A stretch of 49,906 nt of DNA from Chloroflexota bacterium (GTDB lineage Bacteria; Chloroflexota; Dehalococcoidia; Lucifugimonadales; G022566795), in assembly GCA_022566795.1 (NCBI GenBank), contig JADFIF010000004.1:1-49906 (forward strand), given 5' to 3'. Position numbers and translations under genes: made by a program. How positions within the stretch are numbered: the first letter of the stretch is position 1; the number at the start of each line of letters is the position of its first letter. This document shows, one piece after another, positions 7,785 through 16,545 of the stretch. The notes under the pieces were generated by a model. It was not told the DNA's origin. It did no database searches and saw only the letters and a list, made by a program, of their open reading frames with translations.

Positions 7785-8231
7785 ATGAACTGGTATCTCG
7801 AAGTCCTGAAGAAGTACGCGGTATTTAACGGGAGAGCTAGGCGGAAAGAGTATTGGTACTTTTTCTTGTTCAGCTCCATCATCGGATGGGTTCTTTTAGT
7901 CATCGACGCCGTGATCGGCACTTTCAGCGCCGAGGCCGGTATTGGCCTGTTGAGTGGCATCTACACAATGGCCGTCCTGATTCCACACATAGGCGTGTTG
8001 GTGCGGCGGCTTCATGACACTGACCGCAGCGGTTGGTGGTGGCTTATCGGCCTGATTCCGCTCATCGGCATTGTAGTCCTTTTTGTCTTTTTGGTGCAGG
8101 ACAGCAAGCCCGGTGAAAACCGATATGGTTCCAACCCAAAGAGTGCAGCAGCTTTCGACAGGCTCAGGGCAGGCTCCCCAGACCCCGTGCCAGGGGGCTC
8201 AGCCCCTCTGGACTCCCGGGCGGGGTCTTGA
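7785..8231 (+). CDS. DUF805 (YhaH/YhaI-like) inner-membrane protein with a repeat-derived C-terminal tail
   Basis: Motifs are RARRKEYWYFFLF...RRLHDTDRSGWWWLIGLIPLIG...GENRYGSNP. An AGGAGAAAG SD is present. The last ~25 codons (AFDRLRAGSPDPVPGGSAPLDSRAGS) are read from repeat family R. Confidence 0.85.
   Translation: MNWYLEVLKKYAVFNGRARRKEYWYFFLFSSIIGWVLLVIDAVIGTFSAEAGIGLLSGIYTMAVLIPHIGVLVRRLHDTDRSGWWWLIGLIPLIGIVVLFVFLVQDSKPGENRYGSNPKSAAAFDRLRAGSPDPVPGGSAPLDSRAGS
8154..8231 (+). repeat. intergenic repeat family R, copy a (hairpin-containing, ~80 nt)
   Basis: TTCGACAGGCTCAGGGCAGGCTCCCCAGACCCCGTGCCAGGGGGCTCAGCCCCTCTGGACTCCCGGGCGGGG aligns position-for-position with 44847..44925. Parts of it recur at 17664..17771, 22091..22157 and 42490..42565. 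Confidence 0.75.
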
Positions 8232-8236
8232 GATAG

Positions 8237-10429
8237 TCACTTGGGCCAGTTTCGAGCTCGCACCACCTTGACGCCGCGGTCCGCGATCACCGACACCCTG
8301 GTCCGGCCGCCACGACGGGAGTAGGCCAGGTCCACGGTGCTATCGCCCACTCGAAGGCCTCGAATCTCTACCTCGCCAAGCCAGTGCGGCAGCCGCGGCC
8401 GAACTATTCTGAGCTCGTTTTTGGTCGCATCAGGCACCAGCCCCAATATGGCCTGCAACAGGAGTGGAATCGTACCCGCCGCCCAGGCCTGAGGCCGGCA
8501 GGCGACAGGGTAGCGCACCGGCACTCCATGCGCCGTCCTCGGCGCCCCCGAGAACAGCTCCGGAAGGCGGTAGTAGTCGAACGCTCGGCTGGAGTCGTAC
8601 ATCGCCGTTGCCAGCTCCTCGAGCTCCTGTTCGAATCCGTGGCGTTTGAGGCCCATGCCGATCAGCGAGTTGTCGTGCGGCCAGATGCTGCCCAGATGAT
8701 ACCCGAGCGGGTTGTAGCGGGCCGAGCCGCTGCTCAGGGTCCGGATACCCCATCCGGAGAACATGTCGTTGGCGAACATCCTCGTCGCTACGCTGCCGGC
8801 GTGCTTTCCATCGACGATTCCGGTCCAGAGGCACTGGCCCGGGTTCGACGAGATGGCGGAGGCTTGTTCCCCGTCGGCTCCCAACGCCATTGCGAAGTAG
8901 CCCTCCTCCTGGACCCAATAGTCCGCGTTGAAGGCTTCTTTCAGCGCTGCCGCTTTGCGGCGCAACTGTGTCCCGAGCTCGCCATTTCCCAGCAATGCCT
9001 GAATCCGAGCCAGGCCTAGATAGGCTGCGTAAACGTAACCCTGCACCTCCGCCAGAGCGATGGGCGCTCTCGCCAGTGTTCCGTCCCCGTTGACGATACC
9101 GTCGCGAGAGTCCTTCCAGCCCTGATTCTGGAGACCCTTTGTCGAGCGCTTGGCGTAGGTGAGGTAGCGACCTCCGCCCCATCCAACGCGATTCTCGATC
9201 CAGTCCAGCGCCATCATAAGATTGGGCTCGAGCTCCCTTACGAGCTCCAAGTCGCCGGTCCACGACAGATACTCCGCCGCCAGCATCAGGAATAGGGGAG
9301 TGGCGTCGACGGAGCCGTAGTAGGGCGACATTGGTATCTCGCCCAGCGCGGCCATCTCACCCACCCTGCGCTCGTGGAGGATCTTACCCGGCTCCTCGTC
9401 GCGCCAATCGTCGACCTTGCTCCCCTGCAAGCGGGCCAGGACACGAAGCGAATCTCTGGCTATCTCGGGGTTGAACGCCAGCATCTGAAAAGACGTGATG
9501 AGGCTGTCCCTGCCAAAGAGGCTGCTGAACCACGGGGTTCCGGCCGCGATGAAGTCGCCATCCTCTCCAGCCACCGACAGAAGCCGGATATCGTCCAAAG
9601 ACCTCTGCAGTATGGCGTTGAAGAACTCGTTGTCCGTGGAGACCTGTGTGCAGGAGGCGAGCCAGTTCCGATGGGCTTGATCCAGGCTCTCGAAGGCTTC
9701 GTCAATCGGCTCGTCGGCGGGATCGTCGTCGACGGCTACCGTGAAGCTCAAGCTCTGGCTTTCGCGGTGGCCAAGGGTGATGGCGAAGAGGGCGCCATGC
9801 TCCGAGACATTCTCCGGGCGCTGCGAAAACCTGAATGCCGTCTTCCTCAGCACGCCGTCCAAACCCTCGTAGGAGAAGAGGACCCGCGTTTCGTCGACGA
9901 GAGGCGGCAGTAGGTTCCCTCTCCGCGGACGCTTCTCTCCCCTGAACTCGAAGATGTCCAAAAAGTCGGCAGCGAACTCCAGGCGAAGGTGGACCGTGAC
10001 CGGGAAGACGTTGAAATTCGTGATCTGAACCGTCTCGTGCAACGACTTGTCGATGACGCGACGCCGCATGATCTCTAGCGTCTCTTTGGGAATCTCGCGC
10101 CCGGAGGCGACGGTCATCGGAGGATTGGTAAGGTGGTGTTCAGACGAGAACCCCAGCTCCGCCGTCGAGAGGAGTACGGTAGGTCTGACGTCGCCGAAAG
10201 ACAGGTCGTAGACGGATAGGTATCGCGTGTCGCCCTTGTATAGTCCGTACCCCTGGTCTTCGCCCGGGGGCAGGTTGCCCTCGGCGTTCGCCATCATGAA
10301 GAGGCCGCCCTCTTTGATGACGATGGCGTCCCTAATGTCTGCGACAGTTACGGCCTCGCCTTGCGAGAAGAGTTCGTCTCGCTCGGGGAGCCGGATGCTT
10401 TGCCCGTGACCGTTAGCTTCTAATCGCAT
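8237..10429 (-). CDS. amylo-alpha-1,6-glucosidase / glycogen-debranching-enzyme-like protein (GDE_N + GDE_C)
   Basis: 730 aa. The block IAAGTPWFSSLFGRDSLITSFQML and the (alpha/alpha)6-barrel-like C-terminal half are typical of the bacterial/archaeal GDE_C family. Confidence 0.8.
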   Translation of the reverse strand: MRLEANGHGQSIRLPERDELFSQGEAVTVADIRDAIVIKEGGLFMMANAEGNLPPGEDQGYGLYKGDTRYLSVYDLSFGDVRPTVLLSTAELGFSSEHHLTNPPMTVASGREIPKETLEIMRRRVIDKSLHETVQITNFNVFPVTVHLRLEFAADFLDIFEFRGEKRPRRGNLLPPLVDETRVLFSYEGLDGVLRKTAFRFSQRPENVSEHGALFAITLGHRESQSLSFTVAVDDDPADEPIDEAFESLDQAHRNWLASCTQVSTDNEFFNAILQRSLDDIRLLSVAGEDGDFIAAGTPWFSSLFGRDSLITSFQMLAFNPEIARDSLRVLARLQGSKVDDWRDEEPGKILHERRVGEMAALGEIPMSPYYGSVDATPLFLMLAAEYLSWTGDLELVRELEPNLMMALDWIENRVGWGGGRYLTYAKRSTKGLQNQGWKDSRDGIVNGDGTLARAPIALAEVQGYVYAAYLGLARIQALLGNGELGTQLRRKAAALKEAFNADYWVQEEGYFAMALGADGEQASAISSNPGQCLWTGIVDGKHAGSVATRMFANDMFSGWGIRTLSSGSARYNPLGYHLGSIWPHDNSLIGMGLKRHGFEQELEELATAMYDSSRAFDYYRLPELFSGAPRTAHGVPVRYPVACRPQAWAAGTIPLLLQAILGLVPDATKNELRIVRPRLPHWLGEVEIRGLRVGDSTVDLAYSRRGGRTRVSVIADRGVKVVRARNWPK

Positions 10430-10444
10430 GGCTCCTGGCCGCGC

Positions 10445-11209
10445 TCAACCGCCCACATGAGGCTCAGAAACGCTCTTCTGATTCTGCAAGAGTCCAGTGG
10501 ACGACCCCTGGGCGAGGTCGGCGTCTGGCGCGAGGGGCAGCGGTGGGACCACCCGCAGCTCGTTCACGACGTCTGTGACCGATGGCATCCAATGCGCCAT
10601 CTCCTCGACGGCGACTCTGTGATGCTCATGGGCTACCTCGCCGTGCAGCCGAACCGTACCCCGGTCGAAAACAACTCCAATCGCCGCTGGATTCAAGCCC
10701 AGGTCCTGCGCTACCGCCCGGGCGATTTCTTCAGGGACGTCACGCCGTCTCGGGCCCTCTTCGATGAGGACCTGGATCTCGTTGGTCACTCCCCTCACAC
10801 CGGCGGCTGCCCATACCTCGTTCTCTACGGCGCACCTCTCAGCGGCCGTTCGGGCCAGGCCACGCAGGTGTACGCAGCCGATGGTTACCTCGACGGAGAA
10901 CTGCGTCTCGTCGATAATCGTGCTCTTCGCGAGGGCTGTGCGAAGCCGCATCCTAAGCGTGACATCGTCGACCGCGACCATAGGGGCAACCCTGAGCCTG
11001 TTGACGACTTCACTGACACCACACGCCGTCAGAGCGACCTCTTCAATCGTTCGCTTGTGCATCACATTGGGAACGGAGCCCTCCAGGACAGCCACGCGCT
11101 CGCGGACCCGTACCGCGAGTTCGACGCAGTCGAGGAGCCCTCGTTCTGCCAGGCGCTCCTTAATATCGCGCGCGGCCTCTAAATTCCGTACCTGATTGAT
11201 TTGGATCAC
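10445..11209 (-). CDS. triple BON-domain protein (OsmY-like)
   Basis: Three repeats of the BON pattern are present (…VRERVAVLEGSVPN.. / VTIGCVHLRGLART.. / FDRGTVRLHGEVAH.. each followed by ..V.GV..V.N.L.V). I prefer the GTG start at 11209, which has a GGAGGTG SD 6 nt upstream. The track start ATG 11254 is the alternative. Confidence 0.7.
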   Translation of the reverse strand: MIQINQVRNLEAARDIKERLAERGLLDCVELAVRVRERVAVLEGSVPNVMHKRTIEEVALTACGVSEVVNRLRVAPMVAVDDVTLRMRLRTALAKSTIIDETQFSVEVTIGCVHLRGLARTAAERCAVENEVWAAAGVRGVTNEIQVLIEEGPRRRDVPEEIARAVAQDLGLNPAAIGVVFDRGTVRLHGEVAHEHHRVAVEEMAHWMPSVTDVVNELRVVPPLPLAPDADLAQGSSTGLLQNQKSVSEPHVGG

Positions 11210-11240
11210 AGGGGCACCTCCATCTGACTCACCGGCTGAC

Positions 11241-12329
11241 TCACCGGCGCTCACTCAGCGGCGCTCTGGGAGCGGCAGCGACGTGCACGCCTTTCGTAAA
11301 CTCACCCGGCGACAGGATTTTTCGATAGGCGTCAAGGTAATCGTCCACCATGCGCGGCACATCGAAGCGCTCTTCGACATGCTCCCGACATGCGCGCGGG
11401 TCGATGATCGCACCGACCTTGCTTGCGGCCTCGACCATCTCGTCGAGAGTGTCGACGACCAAGCCGGTCCGGCCGTGGACTATGACCTCGGCCGCAGACC
11501 CTCTCTTGAAGGCGACGACGGGAGTTCCGCACGCCATCGCCTCGACCATGAACAGTCCGAAGGGCTCTTCCCATGTAATTGGTGCCAGCAGGCAGCGCGC
11601 CCGCGACATGAGCTCCCGTTTTTGGAAGTAGTCTACTTCGCCGATGTAGCGGACTCGATCGCCGTCCACAAGCGGAAGAACCTGGCTGTCGAAGTACTCT
11701 CGGTCCACCTCGTCGACGTTGCCCGCCAGGACGAGCGGAGCACCCAGTCTCAGGGCTGTTTCGATGGCGAGGTGAGTCCCTTTTTCCGCGCTTATACGGC
11801 TGAGGAACAGCAGGTAAGAGTCCGCCCGGCGGCGACCGTTGAAGGGATAGCTGAAGACATCTATCGCGTTGTATATGACTCCCGAGAAACGGTCCTTCTC
11901 AGGAAGCTCCGCTTTTGCCGAGGCGCTTATGGTGTTGAACCATCCCCGGTAGCGTGCGAAGAGAACACGCATGTCTGGGTCCAGGTTTCCGTGCAGCGTA
12001 GTGAGGACCGGCGCGTCAAAAAACTCGGCCAGCGCCATTCCCTCGAGGGCGGTGTGGTTGTGGACCAGGTCGAAGCCCGCGGAGGCTTGGACGCAGGTGA
12101 GGACGTTGAGCAGGTTGAGGACTTGTGTATTCCGGCCGGCGCCGCGCAGGAAACGCGGACACACCGACGACAACTGGGCCTCTGTTATCGAGTCGCCGCT
12201 GGCGAAGAGAGTCACGTCGTGCCCTCTGCGCACGAGCCCGTCAGTCAACAGGCCAACGACCAGCTCGGTCCCACCGTAGCCCAGCGGCGGGACCCGGATG
12301 TCTAGTGGAGATATCACCGCTATGCGCAT
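11241..12329 (-). CDS. glycosyltransferase family 4 (GT-B fold)
   Basis: The N-terminus MRIAVISPLDIRVPPLGYGGTELVVGLLTDGLVRRGHDVTLFASGDS is typical. The C-terminal EEPFGLFMVEAMACGTPVVA matches the GT4 E-x7-E region. Confidence 0.85.
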   Translation of the reverse strand: MRIAVISPLDIRVPPLGYGGTELVVGLLTDGLVRRGHDVTLFASGDSITEAQLSSVCPRFLRGAGRNTQVLNLLNVLTCVQASAGFDLVHNHTALEGMALAEFFDAPVLTTLHGNLDPDMRVLFARYRGWFNTISASAKAELPEKDRFSGVIYNAIDVFSYPFNGRRRADSYLLFLSRISAEKGTHLAIETALRLGAPLVLAGNVDEVDREYFDSQVLPLVDGDRVRYIGEVDYFQKRELMSRARCLLAPITWEEPFGLFMVEAMACGTPVVAFKRGSAAEVIVHGRTGLVVDTLDEMVEAASKVGAIIDPRACREHVEERFDVPRMVDDYLDAYRKILSPGEFTKGVHVAAAPRAPLSERR

Positions 12330-13196
12330 TGTCCGACCCCCATCGATCTGCCCTCTGACATCGAGAGCTGTGCCCGACGCATGGAAAGGGCTGAATCGTT
12401 CACGAGACGATCGAGCAGTCAGGGGGACATCCTACGGAGAACCTTCCGGAGATGTTGTCTGAAATGCCCCGCCGCGGCGAGATCCTACTCAGACCCCCGG
12501 ATGGTGATGCAGAAGTGCGCAAGATCGCCGAGAGGCACCTTGCGCCCCTTTCCGCCTGTGCGCTAGGCTGCGCGCAGGACGGCAGGTGCAGCTTACCGTG
12601 TGTGTATGGTAAGCGGCTTCTAATCGACCCCCAAACGATACTGTCGTCCTATTCATCTTTCGGCTCAGCGCCTAACCCCCCAAAGGCTGTGCCGGTGCTG
12701 CTGCACCCGCCGCCGGTGCAAAGATCGCCTCGGCACGAATACGAATCCGCTGCGAGGCGCCCTGTCTCCGAAGCGGGCGGGAGCATGTGCATACCAGAAC
12801 CCCGAGGCCGGGGATGCACGATAAGGGCATTGTATTCCCCGCCCTGGACAGGTGTCAAATGGTCACTCTGGCCTGATTGCGGCATCAATCATCCGAATGA
12901 CCGACTCATGCTACGTCATTCGGCATACCCCTCCGACGCTTCTAGCGTGCATTTGCTCACGGCATACGCACGGCGTCATCTCGAAGCGTCCTGACTGTCG
13001 CGCGGGGGCTGGGGATCGCGCGTGAGGGTCCCGTGAAGGATTGCCAGCACGGGTTAGGCGAAGGGGTGCAAAGGGCTGCGGCCATGTCCGTGGCTCCGGA
13101 CGATCTAGAGGTCAGGTACGCCAGAGCCCAGTGGAGCCTAGACACTCCAGTCCGGCAGAGTTGATTGAGTCAACTATGGGTGTATCACAACAACTC

Positions 13197-14210
13197 TTAA
13201 CCCAGCTGGAACACCAATATGCTTGCCAACACGTACAGTCCGATCAGCGTGACTGCCTCGAACGTCCAGAATCTGTTGGGCCTGGTTCGAGATCGGTTAA
13301 AAAGCGCGATGATCACCACCACCGTCATAATGACCGCGACGATTGAGGTGAGTGTATGAATCGGGGAAACGTTACTCCATAAAACGCCGTCCGTGAATGC
13401 CGCGTCGTCAATAAACAGGACGAAGCCCATATTGAACAGGTTGCTTCCGAGCAGGTTGGATATTGCAAGAGTTGGAGCATTTAATCGTATTGCGGCGACC
13501 GCGGTGGCTAACTCCGGTAACGAAGTGCTAAGGGCCAGAAATTGAGTGCCAACGAAGCTTGCTTCCCAACCCATCTCCTCCGCTATGGTATCCCCGGTTT
13601 GCGCCAGCCAAACCGCGGAGCCTACGATAACACCCACCGACACCAGAAACATCACCGTCGTAGCCGTTACGCTAGCCTCAGCGTACTCGCTGTTCGCCTC
13701 GATCTCGACGTCGCCTTGCGCCCGCTCAAATCGGTAGATCATGAACATTGCGCCCGCGAACGCTAAAACTAATACGATCGAGACCGGGCTTATGGGCCAC
13801 GTCGAGGTAGTTGTGGTCATGCTATGAATCACGAGCGCGCTTGCGGCTATGGCGATGAGCCCGATTCCCAGAGCGCCCACTAGGATGGTTGTCGTGCTGA
13901 CCGCCGTCAAAATGGGGCCATTTCGCCAAAAGATATCCAGCAGGCCGATGATCACGAGATTGAATAGATTGCTTCCGAATGCGTCGCCCGCAGCGAGGTC
14001 AGGAGCGCCAACGAATGTCACTGAGCTGACGCCGGTGACTAATTCGGGAAGCGATGTCACGGTCGCGAGCAGCCCAACTCCAATGAGCGACTGGCCCAGG
14101 CCGGTCTTGAATGAGATGATATCCGCGGATTTCGCCAGAAAGTGGGAAGCTGTGAGGATCATAATTGTGACTCCGGCTAGCTGGAGCCACAAAAGGGCAA
14201 TTGGCATCAA
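13197..14210 (-). CDS. Na+/Ca2+ exchanger (CaCA / YrbG-like) membrane protein
   Basis: Two alpha-repeat motifs are present: GLLATVTSLPELVTGVSS...GDAFGSNLFNLVIIG and FLALSTSLPELATAVAAIR...NLLGSNLFNMGFV. The protein is polytopic. Confidence 0.85.
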   Translation of the reverse strand: MMPIALLWLQLAGVTIMILTASHFLAKSADIISFKTGLGQSLIGVGLLATVTSLPELVTGVSSVTFVGAPDLAAGDAFGSNLFNLVIIGLLDIFWRNGPILTAVSTTTILVGALGIGLIAIAASALVIHSMTTTTSTWPISPVSIVLVLAFAGAMFMIYRFERAQGDVEIEANSEYAEASVTATTVMFLVSVGVIVGSAVWLAQTGDTIAEEMGWEASFVGTQFLALSTSLPELATAVAAIRLNAPTLAISNLLGSNLFNMGFVLFIDDAAFTDGVLWSNVSPIHTLTSIVAVIMTVVVIIALFNRSRTRPNRFWTFEAVTLIGLYVLASILVFQLG

Positions 14211-14746
14211 ATACTCCTGGCCGAAATATCTCAGATCAACTCGTTTTGGTCAGAGCAACGGTGCGTCGTAGACGGATCGTCCCAGAACACCTCTAGGCTC
14301 TGGCCCTGAGCGTCGTGGTCAGCGCAAGCAAGGCGGACGAGCGGCGAGCGCCCAGGACGACTGGCCTCAACGACTTCCTCCACGGGCCACCTCGCGATCG
14401 CGCTCGCACGAGTTCGCCCACGGGGGGAGGTCGCCCGAGTAATGATCGGGCTGTCGTTGAGTCAGGCAAATGGAGTCATTCTGGCGTCCTAATTCTAGGC
14501 CTCTCGACGGACGGTTCGCAAGAGGCCGCGGCGGCAACGGCGCCGACGCGGGTAGTCACGGCCCGCAGTTCCTGAAGTAGAGCTTCTGCATTGGCGCCCT
14601 GACGATGGCTGCGGCTATGGGCTACAATGGCTTCGCTTTCTCTTGTGATGGGCCCAGGGTGTGCCCTTCGGCTGATTCGGAGTGAGGTAGCAGGTCGCGC
14701 TCCGCTCCGCATAGCGCGATGCAATTTCCAATGGGACGTGAACATC

Positions 14747-15412
14747 ATGACGCACGACACACGCCGATTCTGGAACGAAATGTGGGCCGACCACGACGAC
14801 TTCACTCGCGACGCGGATGACTTGCTCGTAGCCGAGATGGAGGGCCGAACCCCGGGGCGCGCCCTGGATATCGGCTGCGGTGCGGGCGGCAACGCGGTAT
14901 GGCTGGCGGAGCAGGGCTGGCAAGTGACAGCAACAGATTTCGCCGATGCCGCCATCGAAAAAGGCAAGCGGCTGGCGACCAGACGAGGCGTACAGGTGGA
15001 ATTTGTCGTCGCAGAAGCCACAACCTTCCGGCCTGATGACCAGTACGATTTGATCACTTCTTTCTATATACAGTTGCCCCCCGACCAGCGTGCGAAGATG
15101 TTATCCATAGCGGCTGGCGCCCTCACGCCCGGAGGCACGCTGTTGTTCGTTGGCCACGACAAGTCTAACCCGCCTTCAGGGTGGACAGACCAGGACATGT
15201 TGAGCCTGACGACTCCCGACGGAGTCGCGTCTGAGCTCCGTGGTCTGAAAATCGAGCAGGCCTTAGTTGTGGGACGCGACGGTGGAGGACATGCAGCCCA
15301 CGCGCATGACTCCGAAGACGATCACAGCACACATGAGCGCTCTACAGATGAATGTCATAACGCACATGGTTCGGGCAGCACCGTCGTTAAGGCCGTTCGG
15401 CTGGCACAGTAG
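14747..15412 (+). CDS. class I SAM-dependent methyltransferase (TehB-like)
   Basis: Motif I ALDIGCGAGGNAVWLAEQGWQVTATD. I prefer the internal ATG 14747 (MTHDTRRFWNEMW) over the track start 14627. Confidence 0.8.
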   Translation: MTHDTRRFWNEMWADHDDFTRDADDLLVAEMEGRTPGRALDIGCGAGGNAVWLAEQGWQVTATDFADAAIEKGKRLATRRGVQVEFVVAEATTFRPDDQYDLITSFYIQLPPDQRAKMLSIAAGALTPGGTLLFVGHDKSNPPSGWTDQDMLSLTTPDGVASELRGLKIEQALVVGRDGGGHAAHAHDSEDDHSTHERSTDECHNAHGSGSTVVKAVRLAQ

Positions 15413-15578
15413 ATAGCGCCGCGGAGCCCTCAGCCGGCCCGGCGGCTCGGGAAGCCCAAGGCGCGGAATCTTGACGCTCCCCCCAAGCACTCGTACACTC
15501 ACACCCACCGCTCGAGGAAGTCTACTCGAGGTCTTCCGCCGCGACCCCAGTCGGCTGCCCTCGACAATCGGAGCAGCC

Positions 15579-16469
15579 ATGAGCACAGCCGATGAAGGTC
15601 GCGTGGTGAAGATTGGGGCCATCGATGTCGTGGCCCTGTCCGATGGGCGCGTGCCTCTGCCGACCCAGCGCCTGTTCCCCGAGACTCCCGAGGAGGTCTG
15701 GACCCCGTATCGGAGCAGGTTTCCGGAGGCGTTTGACGCCAGCGGGTTCTTGATCAACCTGGGGTCGTTCCTGGTGCGCACCGGCGAGCGAACGGTCCTT
15801 GTCGACACCGGCCTTGGGCCTATCTCGCTGTGGCCCACGCTTTGGCCGATGTCCCCAGAGGCGCGGCCCGGACCCGCCGAGCTGCTCGACGACCTAAGAG
15901 CGAAAGGGGTCCGTCCCGAAGATATCGACACTGTGTTCCTAACGCACCTGCACGGCGACCACGTGGGCTGGAACCTGACCAAAGACGCCGGCGGCGAGTG
16001 GTCGCCGACGTTTCCGAAAGCGCGCTATCTCGTCCACAGAGCAGATTGGGAAAGGTTTACCCAGCCTCAGTTTCTCGATTCCGGACGTCGCGAGGCGGCT
16101 GAGCGCAACTACCTGCCGCTGGACGACCTTGGCGTCCTGGACCTGATCGAGGGCGACCACCAGGTAGCTCCAGGGCTCACCGCAATCCACGCCCCGGGGC
16201 ATACCCCCGGCCACATGGGCCTGCTCATATCTTCGGGCGGCCAGCGGGCCGTCATCGTCGGCGACCTGGTGGGCGGTCCTGCGCACGTATCGGAGCCGGA
16301 CTGGCCGTATGCGCCCGACTTCGACGCCGCGCAGGCGCGGGAAGCCAGACACAGGCTGCTGGACCAGGCGGAGGAGGGTGGGATGGTCGTCATGGGCAGC
16401 CACATGACGCGGCCCGGATGGGGACGTCTGATTCGCTGGGAGGGCAAACGTTACTGGCAGGCGCTGTAA
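15579..16469 (+). CDS. MBL-fold metallo-hydrolase (lactonase-like)
   Basis: THLHGDHVGWN (the HxHxDH motif) and HAPGHTPGH are present. I prefer ATG 15579 (MSTADEGRVVKIG). Confidence 0.8.
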   Translation: MSTADEGRVVKIGAIDVVALSDGRVPLPTQRLFPETPEEVWTPYRSRFPEAFDASGFLINLGSFLVRTGERTVLVDTGLGPISLWPTLWPMSPEARPGPAELLDDLRAKGVRPEDIDTVFLTHLHGDHVGWNLTKDAGGEWSPTFPKARYLVHRADWERFTQPQFLDSGRREAAERNYLPLDDLGVLDLIEGDHQVAPGLTAIHAPGHTPGHMGLLISSGGQRAVIVGDLVGGPAHVSEPDWPYAPDFDAAQAREARHRLLDQAEEGGMVVMGSHMTRPGWGRLIRWEGKRYWQAL

Positions 16470-16545
16470 ACGTCAAGCCGTCGCTCGACGCGTTACGATT
16501 CGCCCGGATGAACCAAATGGAGCAAACGGAGAAAGAGAGGCTACG

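Noticed and set aside
11224-11247. Tandem 12-nt duplication CTGACTCACCGG x2 at the GT4/BON junction
   Set aside because: It is a simple duplication encoding SAGESAGES in the less likely extended BON start. It is probably non-coding spacer if the GTG 11209 start is used, and has no further structure.
11196-12305. 369-aa + strand ORF
   Set aside because: It lies antisense to the GT4 glycosyltransferase and has no recognisable motifs. The same reasoning applies to 10457..11182 (antisense to the BON gene).
12452-12994. 180-aa ORF in the long spacer
   Set aside because: The sequence is P/R/S-rich, lacks GC3 bias, has no SD and is crossed by multiple perfect hairpins. I treat it as non-coding.
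12330-13196. Possibility that the structured spacer is RNase P RNA, tmRNA, SRP/6S RNA or a ydaO/cobalamin riboswitch
   Set aside because: I found none of the universal cores on either strand: GGAAAGUCC / ACAGAACCCGGCUUA, a tRNA-like ...UUCGAnUCC...CCACCA 3' end with an ALAA-type tag frame, the SRP GGAA/AGCA motif, the B12 box, or the ydaO GGGGUGAAUC / CCGACAGCUAACC blocks. Only vague partial resemblances were seen.
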